Positions 1-10,949 are shown, counted from the stretch's first letter. The stretch: DNA of 64,000 bases from Dimorphilus gyrociliatus (GCA_904063045.1 CAJFCJ010000002.1:2909891-2973890); one strand, 5' to 3'. Notes: generated by a model not told the origin, from the sequence alone. Numbers and translations: made by a program.

Positions 1-247
1 AATAACAAATGTGGGTCAGTTATAAATACTTTACAATATACAGTACATATTTCAACTAAAAAACGTTTAGAAAAAGTACTGCAGTTGGATTTTATTGACC
101 TGCAGTACTTTTTCTAAATCCAACCAAAAATGTACTTTTTTATTGTTAGAGATAAATCTTTAAATTTATGCAAATTTGTGCATTTGATAAAGAATAGATG
201 CTAACAATTCAGTCTTATCAAGCTTTGCACTCTAACGTATTGTGAAA

Positions 248-2148
248 ATGTCCTTAAATCCTAAACAAGAATATAATGATATTATCACTTTTTATCAATC
301 TTTACTTTATACTATTCTTGGTGCTAGCCAATTTCTTGGTGTTGAGATTATATTAATTAACTACTTGATAACGAAACAAAACTTTTGGTGCCGTATTAAG
401 GAGCTTGAAAAATTCTCTTTCCATAGGCAAAAACTAATTGCAATTCCGAATTATGACAATTCTTTGAGTCGGTGTTATAAGTTCCCTTTGAACTATTCTT
501 CGTACTCTCTGACTGAGTTTCTCAACTGGGACGAAGATAAGAGGGACAAAATCGGCAGATTGTATAACTACAAAAACTCTTGGACTGAATGTCAAAACGG
601 ATGGATTTTTGATAAAAGTATCTTTACGTCTACAATAAGCGAATTGTGGAGTCTGGTCTGTGGAAATAGTTGGATTATACCTCTGATATCATCTTTTTAC
701 ATGTTGGGACGATGTTTGGGTTATTTTGGCGGCAAATTAATGTCCGATAAATTTGGTAGGAAAAAATCAATATTGATTTCCTTACTTGTAAGATTAGCAG
801 GTGGTTTTCTGGAGGCTTTCTCTCAAAATTATATCATCTTTTCAATTGGACGCTTCATACACGCTTTCGGAACAATGAGTTGTAATTGTTCAGCTTTCGA
901 ACTAGGTTGTTTTTTTTTTTTGTTTTTTTTTTATCTAAAGTATATTAATGATGTAAAACTATCTTCCTTTATGGACAGTTTGTGATTTCTCTAACGGAAC
1001 AAATAGATTTATACTGAGCTTATTTTGGAAATTCCTGTTTAGTTTGGGAATATCAAATCAAGCTATAATCTCTTATTTCATTCGAGATTCTTTTATTTTG
1101 CAACTAATCGCTATTATACCCATTTCTATCCTGCTCTCTTATTATTTGTAAGACTTCAACTATACAAATATCTTTATGATATTATGCAGTTTTTCTCAAA
1201 TGTAGCATTTTGGATGAATCTCCTCTATGGCTTATAAATACTAAGAATTTAAATGAAGCTACTTCTATTATCCAAAAAACTGATCAAATCAATGGAAAAA
1301 TACCGACAAATTTACATATAGATTTATTTTCAACAATTACAAGTTCAAAAGATATTCGTCTAATTGAAAATGTTAAAAAAAGGGCCATTTTATTTAGCTA
1401 TACTTCGTAGGCTTTGTATTTAAATATAAGATTATTTTGGTATATAGCTTAGAATTGATAATATTTTTCTTAGATTTGCTAGTAGCCTACTTTATTTTGG
1501 TCTATTATTAAATATTCCATCGATGAGTGGGAATATATACTTGAATGGCTTTTTAATGGGCATTGCAGATATACCTTTTCTTTTAATAGGTAAGCTATTT
1601 ATCTCAAATAATTGACTATTAGAGTATTTAATACTTTGTAGGTTTCTTTCTGAAGAGGAAAATAGGAGTAAGGCACCTGTTGGGAGGATCTTTCATTTTG
1701 GCGTCAATATTTGAATTTATACTAATTTGGTTAATAATAAAGAAACGTTTGTTCTGCAAAGAAAGTTTTTTTGGAATTTATATTTGTCCTATTTCGGCAG
1801 AATCAATTATTTGGACGACAATCATCGTACTTTGTGCCAAAGCGTCTATTTCCCTCTCGAACGCATTGAATATTTCAGATATTATAGGGATATTTTCTTT
1901 CAAAAAGAGAAATTTTGGGCTTATAATGATAATAATTTCAAGTAGTGCGGGAGAGATTATAGCACCTTTCATCGGAGATTCTATAGTAAAACATTTCTTA
2001 TATACTATTTCTTTTAAAAGTACATTAATAATAAAATATGTACAATTTCTAGGCAGTTTTTTGGAAAGGCCTTCCTTCAACGATATACTGCATAGTCAGC
2101 CTAACAGCTGGTATTTTTATGTTGAAATCAACCGAAACACTAATTTAG
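248..2148 (+). CDS. SLC22/MFS organic cation transporter-like protein (multi-exon)
   Basis: Exons translate to SLC22-type motifs: STISELWSLVC, GKLMSDKFGRKK, DESPLWL, final exon AVFWKGLPSTIYCIVSLTAGIFMLKSTET ending TAG at 2146-2148. GT-AG introns, e.g. 906-978. Internal exon boundaries only partly resolved. Confidence 0.8.
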
Positions 2149-2464
2149 AAACATATTTGATAAATCAGTTTTTTTTCTTATCTCTATCTCAAGTATATGA
2201 TGTGCCTACATCATCATATTTTCGTCATATGTTACAGTAACAGCTTAATATATTGTAGAAAATAAAAATTATTTTTGAATATTTACTGCTTATTGATTGT
2301 CTGAAAATACACCGATGTAGTGAACATAGGAAACATATTAAAAGTTACTGTAATTGACTAATACTAGACTAATACTGTTTGCTTTCTATCACAGAGGGCG
2401 TATCTCTGTAAAGTACATAGTTTAATTTGTATAGTTATTGCATTGCCTGTCTAGTATTGAAATA

Positions 2465-4568
2465 ATGCTACAAGATATTCTAAAGTATCTTTTAGTGTTT
2501 AGTTTCCATTATCCAATAAATGGATCGGATAAATCGAATATCGTCTTCATCTTAACTGATGATCAAGATGTTGTGCTTAACGGAATGGTAATGGTCCATG
2601 ATTAGAAATTTAATATTCCTTTCTTATTAATAATATTTATTTATTACAGGAACCAATGCAATTTGCTAGAGAATTGATTGGTAAACATGGTGCAACTTTT
2701 GAAAATATGGTAGATTTATATATTCACATTTATTCTATGGTACGCGATAGGATAATAATATATATTTTCAATACCTTCAGTTTACAGTTTCTCCCCTTTG
2801 CTGTCCATCTAGAGCATCAATTCTTACTGGTAGATATGTTCATAATCATGGTGTTATTAACAATACAATAAGTGGAAATTGTAATTCTATAAAATGGCAA
2901 AAAAGAAGTGAACCTAATACATTTGCTCCATTCTTAAAAAAGTATGGATATAAGACATTTTTCGCTGGAAAATACCTAAATCAAGTAATTTAAACTAATA
3001 AACAAAAAATACCTAGTTAAGTAAAATAATATAAAATGTGTATAATAATAACTTTAGTACGGAAGGAAAGCTGTCGGTGGAACAAAGCACGTTCCACCAG
3101 GTTGGGACGAATGGAATGGTTTAAAAGGAAATTCCGTTTATTATAATTATACTTTATCCGTAAATGGTAAAAGAGAACGTCATTATGATAATTATAAAAA
3201 GGATTATTTAACAGATGTTATTGTAAGGCTTATCTCTACTTTTGAATTAATAATCCATAAAATTTGAAATGTTATTATTATAGAAACGAAGAGCTATGAA
3301 GTTTATTGATAAACAGACGAACGATAATCCTTTTTTTATGATGCTATCAACTCCATCTTGTCATGCACCCTTTACATCGGCACCCCAATATTCAAAAGAG
3401 TTTGCTAATAGAACAGCACCGAAAACAGGATCTTTCAATGTTCATGGAAAGGTAAAGAAAAACAGTTTTTTCATCTATATCTCTTTTACATTCTGCTAAT
3501 TTAAAGAACAAGCATTGGTTAATTGAACACGCAAAAACGCCAATGGGAAACACATCAATGAACTATTTACAATCAGCATTTAGAAATAGGTGGAGAACTC
3601 TTCTATCTGTAGATTCTATGATAAAAGAGCTTATAACAAACTTGGAAAACAAGCATTTCCTTGAAAATACATACATAATTTATTCATCGGACAATGGATA
3701 TCATTTGGGTGAAGTGAAGAAATTCAATTATTATTATTTTTTAGTATTTTTCTTTAAAACACACTTTAGGTCAATTTTCATTACCTACGGATAAAAGACA
3801 ACCTTACGAATTTGATATTAGAGTCCCTTTATTAATAAGAGGTCCTAGAATTAAGAAAGGAATTAAATTGAAGGTATTTTAATGGGACGAAGTGTCAAAT
3901 TTTTCACTTAACTATTTTATTTAAAAACAAATATTTCAGCATTTAGTCTCCACAATCGATCTCGCCCCTACCTTTCTTTCAATAGCTTCTGAAAAGAGAA
4001 GAGGCAATCCTTGGAAAATGGATGGTCGATCTTTGTTAAATATATTAAGACATCCGTATTCGTACAAGTATAAATACTACAATAACGTCTCAGTATGGAG
4101 AGATAGTTTATTGATTGAACATAATGGGGAATATGATATAGCTACTAAAAATTGCCCCATGATAATTGATAAGAATATGTCAGTGAGTAACTTAAATTCT
4201 ATTAAATAGAATTAGTAATATATTAATAAATTTTGTTTAAATACAACAATAGCACTGTTATCCAGAAATGAATTGTGCATGCGAAGATTCCAGAAATAAT
4301 ACCTATACATGTCTAAGGTATTTACCTTTAAGCGAAAAAGGTAATTACCTCTATTGCGAATTTAAGGATAACCAAGTTTGTATTATTAATTAACGATTAA
4401 GAAATTAAATTTAATTGGAAAACTTTTTATTTCTAGCGCAAAAAGGAGATTTACAATCTTGCTATTGATCCTGATCAATTGATTAATGAGGCTAAGAGTT
4501 CATCTAAATCGTTAATAAACTTTTTTAAATCGCTTTTAGAAACTTTAAAAGAGGAATATAAACAATGA
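2465..4568 (+). CDS. GNS: N-acetylglucosamine-6-sulfatase (multi-exon)
   Basis: ATG 2465 then a hydrophobic leader and [11 protein letters not shown]; sulfatase formylglycine motif [14 protein letters not shown]; [39 protein letters not shown]; stop TGA 4566-4568. Confidence 0.92.
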
Positions 4569-4693
4569 AAACAAGATTGCAAAATCACCATCAGTAATAC
4601 TATTCCTGTTTATAATTTATGCAATTAATAGACTTATAAATTACGTCCTTCAAACTATTTCAATTGTACTTATTATGAAATTTACATATAACC

Positions 4694-6037
4694 ATGGTTA
4701 TTTTGTTGACTTGTACTATGGCTTCGTACAGTAGAGTGAACTCTGAAAGTATTTTACAGAATATTGCCAGTTATAAAGATTGTTCCATACAAAATAAGAA
4801 AATATCAAGCATTACAGCTGGGAAGGCTAATTTCAGGTACAGAAAAGAAGACAATTCCGCTCATTGTGACGTATGCAAGGCCAAAATTACATTTTGGGAA
4901 GATATTGTAGATCCCTTTGCTGTGCACAAATCAAGTTGTGGTTATTTGAAAGAATATAGATCTAGAATAACATTAATTAAATTGCCTACTCAGAATGCAA
5001 GAGATATGATACAATCTTTCTCCAAAAGTTTTGGAATTAAACAAAAGCATTCTTATAAACCATTCTCTGACACAATTGAAGAGTCTTATAAGAATTTTCC
5101 GAAGCCTCATTTAGTGAAAAAGTTAATCGACGCTAATTTTTGGTATACGAATATAGGTGACTCATGTATATGCGTAGTCTGTAAATTGATTGCAAAAGAT
5201 TGGAATGAAGAGAAGCCTATTAATATCCATTTTAAAAAAGCAAAACACTGCAAATTTATACAAAGTTGGTATTCTGATGAAGATTGTCCCAAGTTTAACT
5301 ATACGGACACTCTTGCTAGATCTTTCACTGATAAGGAATATCATTATGTACCAGGACTATCGAAAATTGATTTAAATAATATTACCGTTAACGAAGAACT
5401 TGTTGAAGAGGATACTATAGATCATGAACCAAAGAATAGGAAATTGAAATCATTCGCCAAAAGAAGAAAGAGTTTGAACAAATTAAGGTTATCAGTTGAA
5501 TACAAAAATGAATTGGCAGCAGCAGGATTTTATTGTGACACGATATCTGAACAGAACAGACAGTATCTAGTGGTATGTTATCATTGCAAAGCACAGATAA
5601 GAACAAATAATGAACATGTAAATCCAACGATTTTTCACGCAATGTGGCATCCATTGTGTGCTTATATCATTCGAAGATGTGGTCTTAACAATGTAAGGCG
5701 ATTTGCTTCACTACCAAATTATTTAAACAAGAAAGATACGTCAGATGCTATTGCTGATACTCCACCCCAAACTGAGGAGGACTATAGGCTACGAAATGAT
5801 GCAATTAAACAAGCCAGGCGTTGCATGACTATTAAAAGTGATGGAAGGCGTTGTGTAGAAACAAGTAACATCATCAGATTGCCCTGTAGATGTTTGAAAC
5901 TTTGTGATTATTGCGCTGAAAATGTTATCTATTGCAAAGTATGCAAGCGTGTCATCTGGAGAAGAGTAAAATCTATAATTAGTCAAGTTCAAAACCAGAT
6001 TGCCGACGGTCTAGGACTGTTGGTTTGTGAGTTTTAA
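4694..6037 (+). CDS. Inhibitor-of-apoptosis-like protein, copy A (3 BIR + atypical RING, no UBA), intronless
   Basis: Three Cx2C...H...C BIR motifs (HCDVC..HKSSC; CVVC..HFKKAKHC; CYHC..HAMWHPLC) and a C-terminal Cys-rich RING-like domain. Near-identical to 8811-10394 over the BIR region. Confidence 0.85.
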   Translation: MVILLTCTMASYSRVNSESILQNIASYKDCSIQNKKISSITAGKANFRYRKEDNSAHCDVCKAKITFWEDIVDPFAVHKSSCGYLKEYRSRITLIKLPTQNARDMIQSFSKSFGIKQKHSYKPFSDTIEESYKNFPKPHLVKKLIDANFWYTNIGDSCICVVCKLIAKDWNEEKPINIHFKKAKHCKFIQSWYSDEDCPKFNYTDTLARSFTDKEYHYVPGLSKIDLNNITVNEELVEEDTIDHEPKNRKLKSFAKRRKSLNKLRLSVEYKNELAAAGFYCDTISEQNRQYLVVCYHCKAQIRTNNEHVNPTIFHAMWHPLCAYIIRRCGLNNVRRFASLPNYLNKKDTSDAIADTPPQTEEDYRLRNDAIKQARRCMTIKSDGRRCVETSNIIRLPCRCLKLCDYCAENVIYCKVCKRVIWRRVKSIISQVQNQIADGLGLLVCEF

Positions 6038-6176
6038 AATTAACTTGTGATTTTTTTTTTGATATTTCTCCATATTTAAATTGCTTTTATATAAATGTAT
6101 ACCTCTGCTGCCATCACTTTTTATAAAACCCCAAATATTTAGGGAACCATTTGCCTCTTTAAAAGTTTTTTTTGCA

Positions 6177-6660
6177 TATCATGTGATAAGGGGGACTGTA
6201 AAAATATCTCCCCTTCCCGCTATTCCCGATCTTCCACCCAAAACTGAGGAGGTCTATAAGTTACAAAATTACGTAATTAAACAAACCAGGTGATGCAAGA
6301 ATATTAAGAGTGATGGAAAGCGTTGTGAAGAAAGAAGTAACATCGTCAGTTTGCCCTGTGGATGTTTGGCACTTTGTGTATTTTGTGCTGATGTTGTTTT
6401 CTATTGTAAAGGATGCAATCATGTCATAAGGGGGACAGTAAAATTGATAACCAGCCAAGTTCAAAACCAGATTACATACTAGCTACGGGACTATTGGATG
6501 TGAGTTTTAATATATCCGATAGTTGTTTAAGAAGTTCAGGCTGAAATAAAGAGAAGAAGCATAATTATGACTACAAAATTGACGTAGATTTTACACAGTA
6601 AAATATATAACTTGTGATTTGAATATCATTAGTCAAGTTCAAAATCACCAAAATTTTTTA
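6177..6660 (+). pseudogene. Tandem IAP RING-domain remnants
   Basis: RING tail HVIRGTVK joined to PLPAIPD linker, then a RING copy with an in-frame TGA at ~6290 (R*CKNIKSDGKRC...PCGC...CKGCNHVIRGTVK). A further tail remnant NIISQVQN lies at ~6620-6650. Confidence 0.8.
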
Positions 6661-6669
6661 TTAATGCGT

Positions 6670-8195
6670 AAGAGTGGCATTTTTCCAACGAGCTCTGCCC
6701 GAACGTGCGAGGAGCGTGGCACCAGAACCAGCCACAGTTCCACCACGAGAAACAATAATTGGCAGGAACTGCAGTTCGGAGAAGATGGAAGAGCGTTGGA
6801 ACCACTGACCATTAATGTTCGTCATATGCACGAACCATTTTCCCTGCTCCGTTCAGCCATTACTGAGCCCAGAGCTAGGGAATTCGCCAAGCTAGCTGAA
6901 CAAGGGAGGTCCTTCCAAGACACGTCCCTTCACCCGATTTCGAACCACTTTACTTACACAGGCTTCGGCCTTCGCTACAAGGACTATAGATTCGTCTATA
7001 GGGCCCGGTTAGGTAGTCTACCCGTCAACGCCGTTAAATACCGGTTTAACAACAACCGCACCTCCCCGGAATGCCGGCGTTGCCAATTCCAAGTTGAATC
7101 CTTGAAGCATGACCTTAACAAACTGCCGCACCGGTTACGGCCTCTAGGGCGATAGGCATAACGCCATTCAGGACAGACTAGTCAAAGGCACTCGTCTCCC
7201 TCAGGAAGCGACGATCTCGGTCAATCGTACCATCCGCGAGTCTGGTTCCCGCCTTCGGCCGGTCATTGTTGTCCGTAATGGCTCCAGAATTGATATAATC
7301 GACATTGCGGTTCCCTTTGAGCGCCCCGGTACCTTGGCCAAATCTGCTGAAGAGAAGGTAACTAAGTACCGGGTACTCCAGACCGAGCTAGAGACCAATG
7401 GCAACACTGTCGCATTTTGTCATTCGTTGTTGGGTCGCTGGGCGCCTGGTACCGCAATAACCAAAAATTTATGTAAGCTCTTGGCATAGCACGTGGCTAC
7501 CGCAAAATGTTATCCCAACTTTGCGTGGCTGAAGCAATTAAGGGCTCCACAGATGCCTATGATGCCCACATCGATGGACACTATAATTAACCATCTAACC
7601 TCCCAGCCCTTGACTCCATAGAAATACCTTATTCTACCGTTCTATCTGCTAACTACCATACTCACCATTCAAGGAAAAGGAGGACAAGTTCGGGACGCCA
7701 CCTCTTAATCTGGAGTCTGGGCCTACCACGGATGAATCTTCCTTAATAGAGGACGACTCGGCATATATTAGTGACTTGTTGTTCAACACCGGGTCCCTCT
7801 CTTCTACTTCGTTCAAGTCTAAGTCTACACCGCCATCCAAGATCCGCATGGTGCCTCTCTCGGACGTCCGCCTATCTACTGATCCTGCACAGGACGATTC
7901 CGTTGCTGATCTCGCTACCCCGCCCACCCCTGCTTCCGGTTTGGTGAGTACCCTTAACTATACTGTGTTGTCCAAAAAAGCGGTACCAGACAAATCGGTT
8001 GTTAAAAGCGCCCCAGCGGATGACGCACCCAACCGCTCTACCTCCGTAAAACTGGGTTAAGAGATCCCTTCGCTACGCGCGATCCCCCATTCTTTCTATA
8101 AATCAGACCGACGTAGGAAAAACCCCTGAAACCTCTCAAAACGAGTTTACCTACATTGCCTTACGCGGTCACTAGGTCGGCCCCTCCATATGCAA
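6670..8195 (+). mobile_element. 5'-truncated, frameshifted non-LTR retrotransposon of the restriction-like-endonuclease (NeSL/Utopia/R2-like) type; coding remnant to ~7590 plus GC-rich 3' region
   Basis: GC-rich island in AT-rich DNA. Translation gives EQG..SNH..G..YRFVYRARLGSLPVN, a CRRC zinc-knuckle, RHNAIQDRLV, R-P(D), IIDIAVPFE and EEKVTKY, the typical C-terminal/RLE motifs of these clades. No RT domain is present. The 3' boundary is taken as the junction with the GNS duplicate. Confidence 0.85.
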
Positions 8196-8196
8196 C

Positions 8197-8413
8197 ATTC
8201 AAGAAATAATACCTATACTGTACATGTCTAAGGTATTTATCTTTAAGCGAAAAAGTAACTATCTCTATTGCAAATTTAAGGATAACCAAGTTTGTATTAT
8301 TAATTAATGATTAAGAAATTAAATTTAATTACAAAATATTTTATTTCTAGCGCAAAAAGGAGATTTACAATCTTGCTATTGATCCTGATCAATTGATTAT
8401 TGAGGCCAAGAGT
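8197..8413 (+). pseudogene. Duplicated 3' fragment of GNS (end of penultimate exon, last intron, start of last exon)
   Basis: High identity to 4287-4500 (agaaataatacctatac...gcaaaaaggagatttacaatcttgctattgatcctgatcaattgatta), followed by a deletion corresponding to ~4501-4636. Confidence 0.9.
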
Positions 8414-9893
8414 TATAAATTACGTCCTTCAAACTATTTCATTTGTACTTATTATGAAATTTACATGTTTATTCATGAAATTAAAAAAATCAGTCATCAG
8501 CATAAAAGAAAAAACGTCTTAACTGCTCTCCTGTAATGCATTCGAGAGAATGTTTAACCATAATAGAAGAACCACATAACCATACTATCAACCACGAATA
8601 GTATGATTCTCTCCAGAGAGCGTGTAATCGGTTTTTCGAGAAACTGTAAAAAAGTTACATTTGTGGTTTGCCCTTTCATAGGCTAAGGGCGACCATAGAA
8701 AAGATATATATCGATCTACCTTTATACACATATAAAAATTTTGTTTCATTTGTTTTCAGCTACTGAAGTTTAAAGAAATCAAATAAAAACATTCTTTTAA
8801 TCAAATATGAATGATAATACGAAAAACCATGGTTATTTTGTTGCCTTGTACTATTTTTTGGGCTATGGCTGCGTACAGTAGAGTGAACTCTGAAAGTATT
8901 TTACAGAATGTTGCCAGTTATAAAGATTGTTCCATACAAAATAAGAAAATATCAAGCATTACAGCTGGGAAGGCTAATTTCAGGTACAGAAAAGAAGACA
9001 ATTCCGCTCATTGTGACGTGTGCAAGGCCAAAATTACATTTTGGGAAGATATTGTAGATCCCTTTGCTATGCACAAATCAAGTTGTGGTTATTTGAAAGA
9101 ATATAGATCTAGAATAACATTAATTAAATTGCCTACTCAGAATGCAAGAGATATGATACAATCTTTCTCCAAAAGTTTTGGAATTAAACAAAAGCATTCT
9201 TATAAACCATTCTCTGACACAATTGAAGAGTCTTATAAGAATTTTCCGAAGCCTCATTTAGTGAAAAAGTTAATCGACGCTAATTTTTGGTATACGAATA
9301 TAGGTGACTCATGTATATGCGTAGTCTGTAAATTGATTGCAAAAGATTGGAATGAAGAGAAGCCTATTAATATCCATTTTAAAAAAGCAAAACACTGCAA
9401 ATTTATACAAAGTTGGTATTCTGATGAAGATTGTCCCAAGTTTAACTATACGGACACTCTTGCTAGATCTTTCACTGATAAGGAATATCATTATGTACCA
9501 GGACTATCGAAAATTGATTTAAATAATATTACCGTTAACGAAGAACTTGTTGAAGAGGATACTATAGATCATGAACCAAAGAATAGGAAATTGAAATCAT
9601 TCGCCAAAAGAAGAAAGAGTTTGAACAAATTAAGGTTATCAGTTGAATACAAAAATGAATTGGCAGCAGCAGGATTTTATTGTGACACGATATCTGAACA
9701 GAACAGACAGTATCTAGTGGTATGTTATCATTGCAAAGCACAGATAAGAACAAATAATGAACATGTAAATCCAACGATTTTTCACGCAATGTGGCATCCA
9801 TTGTGTGCTTATATCATTCGAAGATGTGGTCTTGACAATGTAAGGCGATTTGCTTCACTACCAAATTATTTATACAAGAAAGATACGCCAGAT
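8197..9893 (+). repeat. Direct segmental duplication of ~4287-5746 (GNS tail + IAP BIR region)
   Basis: Line-by-line near identity between 4694-5740 and 8829-9890. Indels: the GNS-tail deletion and a ~358-nt block (8467-8824) present only in this copy. Confidence 0.93.
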
Positions 9894-10394
9894 AATAGCA
9901 AATCTCAGTCCAGCTTCTCTAATATAGATCCAAGAGAGGCAAGGGCTAGAATGGATACACCTATTGTTCAATTAATTGTTGCACAAGGTCATAATTGGAA
10001 TACAATATTGAGAGCTATAGAAATTTTTATGAGAAGAAGTGGAGATGATTTTACCAGTGCAACGGAATTGTTGGATGTTGTTAAGGAATTGGAGGAAAAG
10101 GCATTTTCTGAAAGGGAAAAAAAGACAGATGCTATTCCTGATAATCCCCTTCCCGCTATTCCTGATACTCCACCCAAAACTGAGGAGGACTATAGGCTAC
10201 GAAATGATGCAATTAAACAAGCCAGGCGGTGCAAGAATATTAAGAGTGATGGAAAGCGTTGTGAAGAAACAAGTAACATTGTCAGTTTGCCCTGTGGATG
10301 TTTGGCACTTTGTGAATATTGCGCTGACGATGTTGTCTATTGCAAACGATGCAATCATGTCATAAGGGGGACAGTAAAAATATTTCGTTCCTAA
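8811..10394 (+). CDS. Inhibitor-of-apoptosis-like protein, copy B (3 BIR + UBA + atypical RING), intronless
   Basis: Same three BIRs as copy A; IAP-type UBA (DPREARARMDTPIVQLIVAQG..TILRAIE..GDDFTSATELLDVV); RING ending in a cIAP/XIAP-like tail VKIFRS*. The true start may be a downstream Met. Confidence 0.9.
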   Translation: MIIRKTMVILLPCTIFWAMAAYSRVNSESILQNVASYKDCSIQNKKISSITAGKANFRYRKEDNSAHCDVCKAKITFWEDIVDPFAMHKSSCGYLKEYRSRITLIKLPTQNARDMIQSFSKSFGIKQKHSYKPFSDTIEESYKNFPKPHLVKKLIDANFWYTNIGDSCICVVCKLIAKDWNEEKPINIHFKKAKHCKFIQSWYSDEDCPKFNYTDTLARSFTDKEYHYVPGLSKIDLNNITVNEELVEEDTIDHEPKNRKLKSFAKRRKSLNKLRLSVEYKNELAAAGFYCDTISEQNRQYLVVCYHCKAQIRTNNEHVNPTIFHAMWHPLCAYIIRRCGLDNVRRFASLPNYLYKKDTPDNSKSQSSFSNIDPREARARMDTPIVQLIVAQGHNWNTILRAIEIFMRRSGDDFTSATELLDVVKELEEKAFSEREKKTDAIPDNPLPAIPDTPPKTEEDYRLRNDAIKQARRCKNIKSDGKRCEETSNIVSLPCGCLALCEYCADDVVYCKRCNHVIRGTVKIFRS

Positions 10395-10449
10395 TTAAAG
10401 ATTGAAGAACTCTATGAGTAACAAAGCAAAAAAGCAAAATTGCATTTGT

Positions 10450-10775
10450 TTTGGAAATGAGACCGAATATGTGCCTGAAACCCTTGCTTTTATGGATGAA
10501 AGATTTAGTATTAAGATTCGACTGTACGGCTAATTGGATAAGTAGAGGACCACCAAAGGGTTTATGACTGCTCGATTTCTTCCTATATAGAGATATGATT
10601 TAAACCACAAGCTGTCTCAAAAAGTTTTGGAATTAAAGAAAAATTAGATGTTTATAAAGATCTTAAACTGCCAAGGGATGGTGCAGACATTTTAGCCATG
10701 GATTCAAATTTGCTGTAATTAGCAAACCAATTAAATGATGGAAAAACATCAGTACTCATTAAACAAAGCATGCTG
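10450..10775 (+). pseudogene. Degenerate inverted copy of a DNAH6 3' coding segment
   Basis: 10529-10558 is the exact reverse complement of 11591-11620 (30 nt); 10497-10517 of 11632-11652 (21 nt); ~10657-10685 resembles the [10 protein letters not shown]-coding segment near 11380-11405. It carries deletions and substitutions. Confidence 0.85.
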
Positions 10776-10949
10776 TTTTTTTTGTTGTTTTTTATAGATT
10801 GATATCATCGTTCAAATACTATATTTTCACTCAATTAAAAATATAATTTTACTTTTATATAAAAGAATTAAAATCATTTACGTCATAAATTTATATAAAT
10901 ATGTAGATGTCTTATTAAAAAGTGTTTGTATTTTCACTTATTCTCTTAT

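Noticed and set aside
4369-4380. Similarity of taaccaagtttg to the nematode SL1 leader (NeSL target)
   Set aside because: Short match that is simply a GNS exon/intron boundary, and not at the element junction.
4694-10394. Viral origin (endogenous virus) of the intronless IAPs
   Set aside because: No flanking viral genes, and the BIR3-UBA-RING layout is the cellular type; intron loss or retroposition is sufficient.
10619-10645. 18-nt match (aaaagttttggaattaaa) to IAP coding sequence inside the inverted DNAH6 fragment
   Set aside because: AT-rich and roughly alignable to the DNAH6 source as well; cannot separate it from chance.
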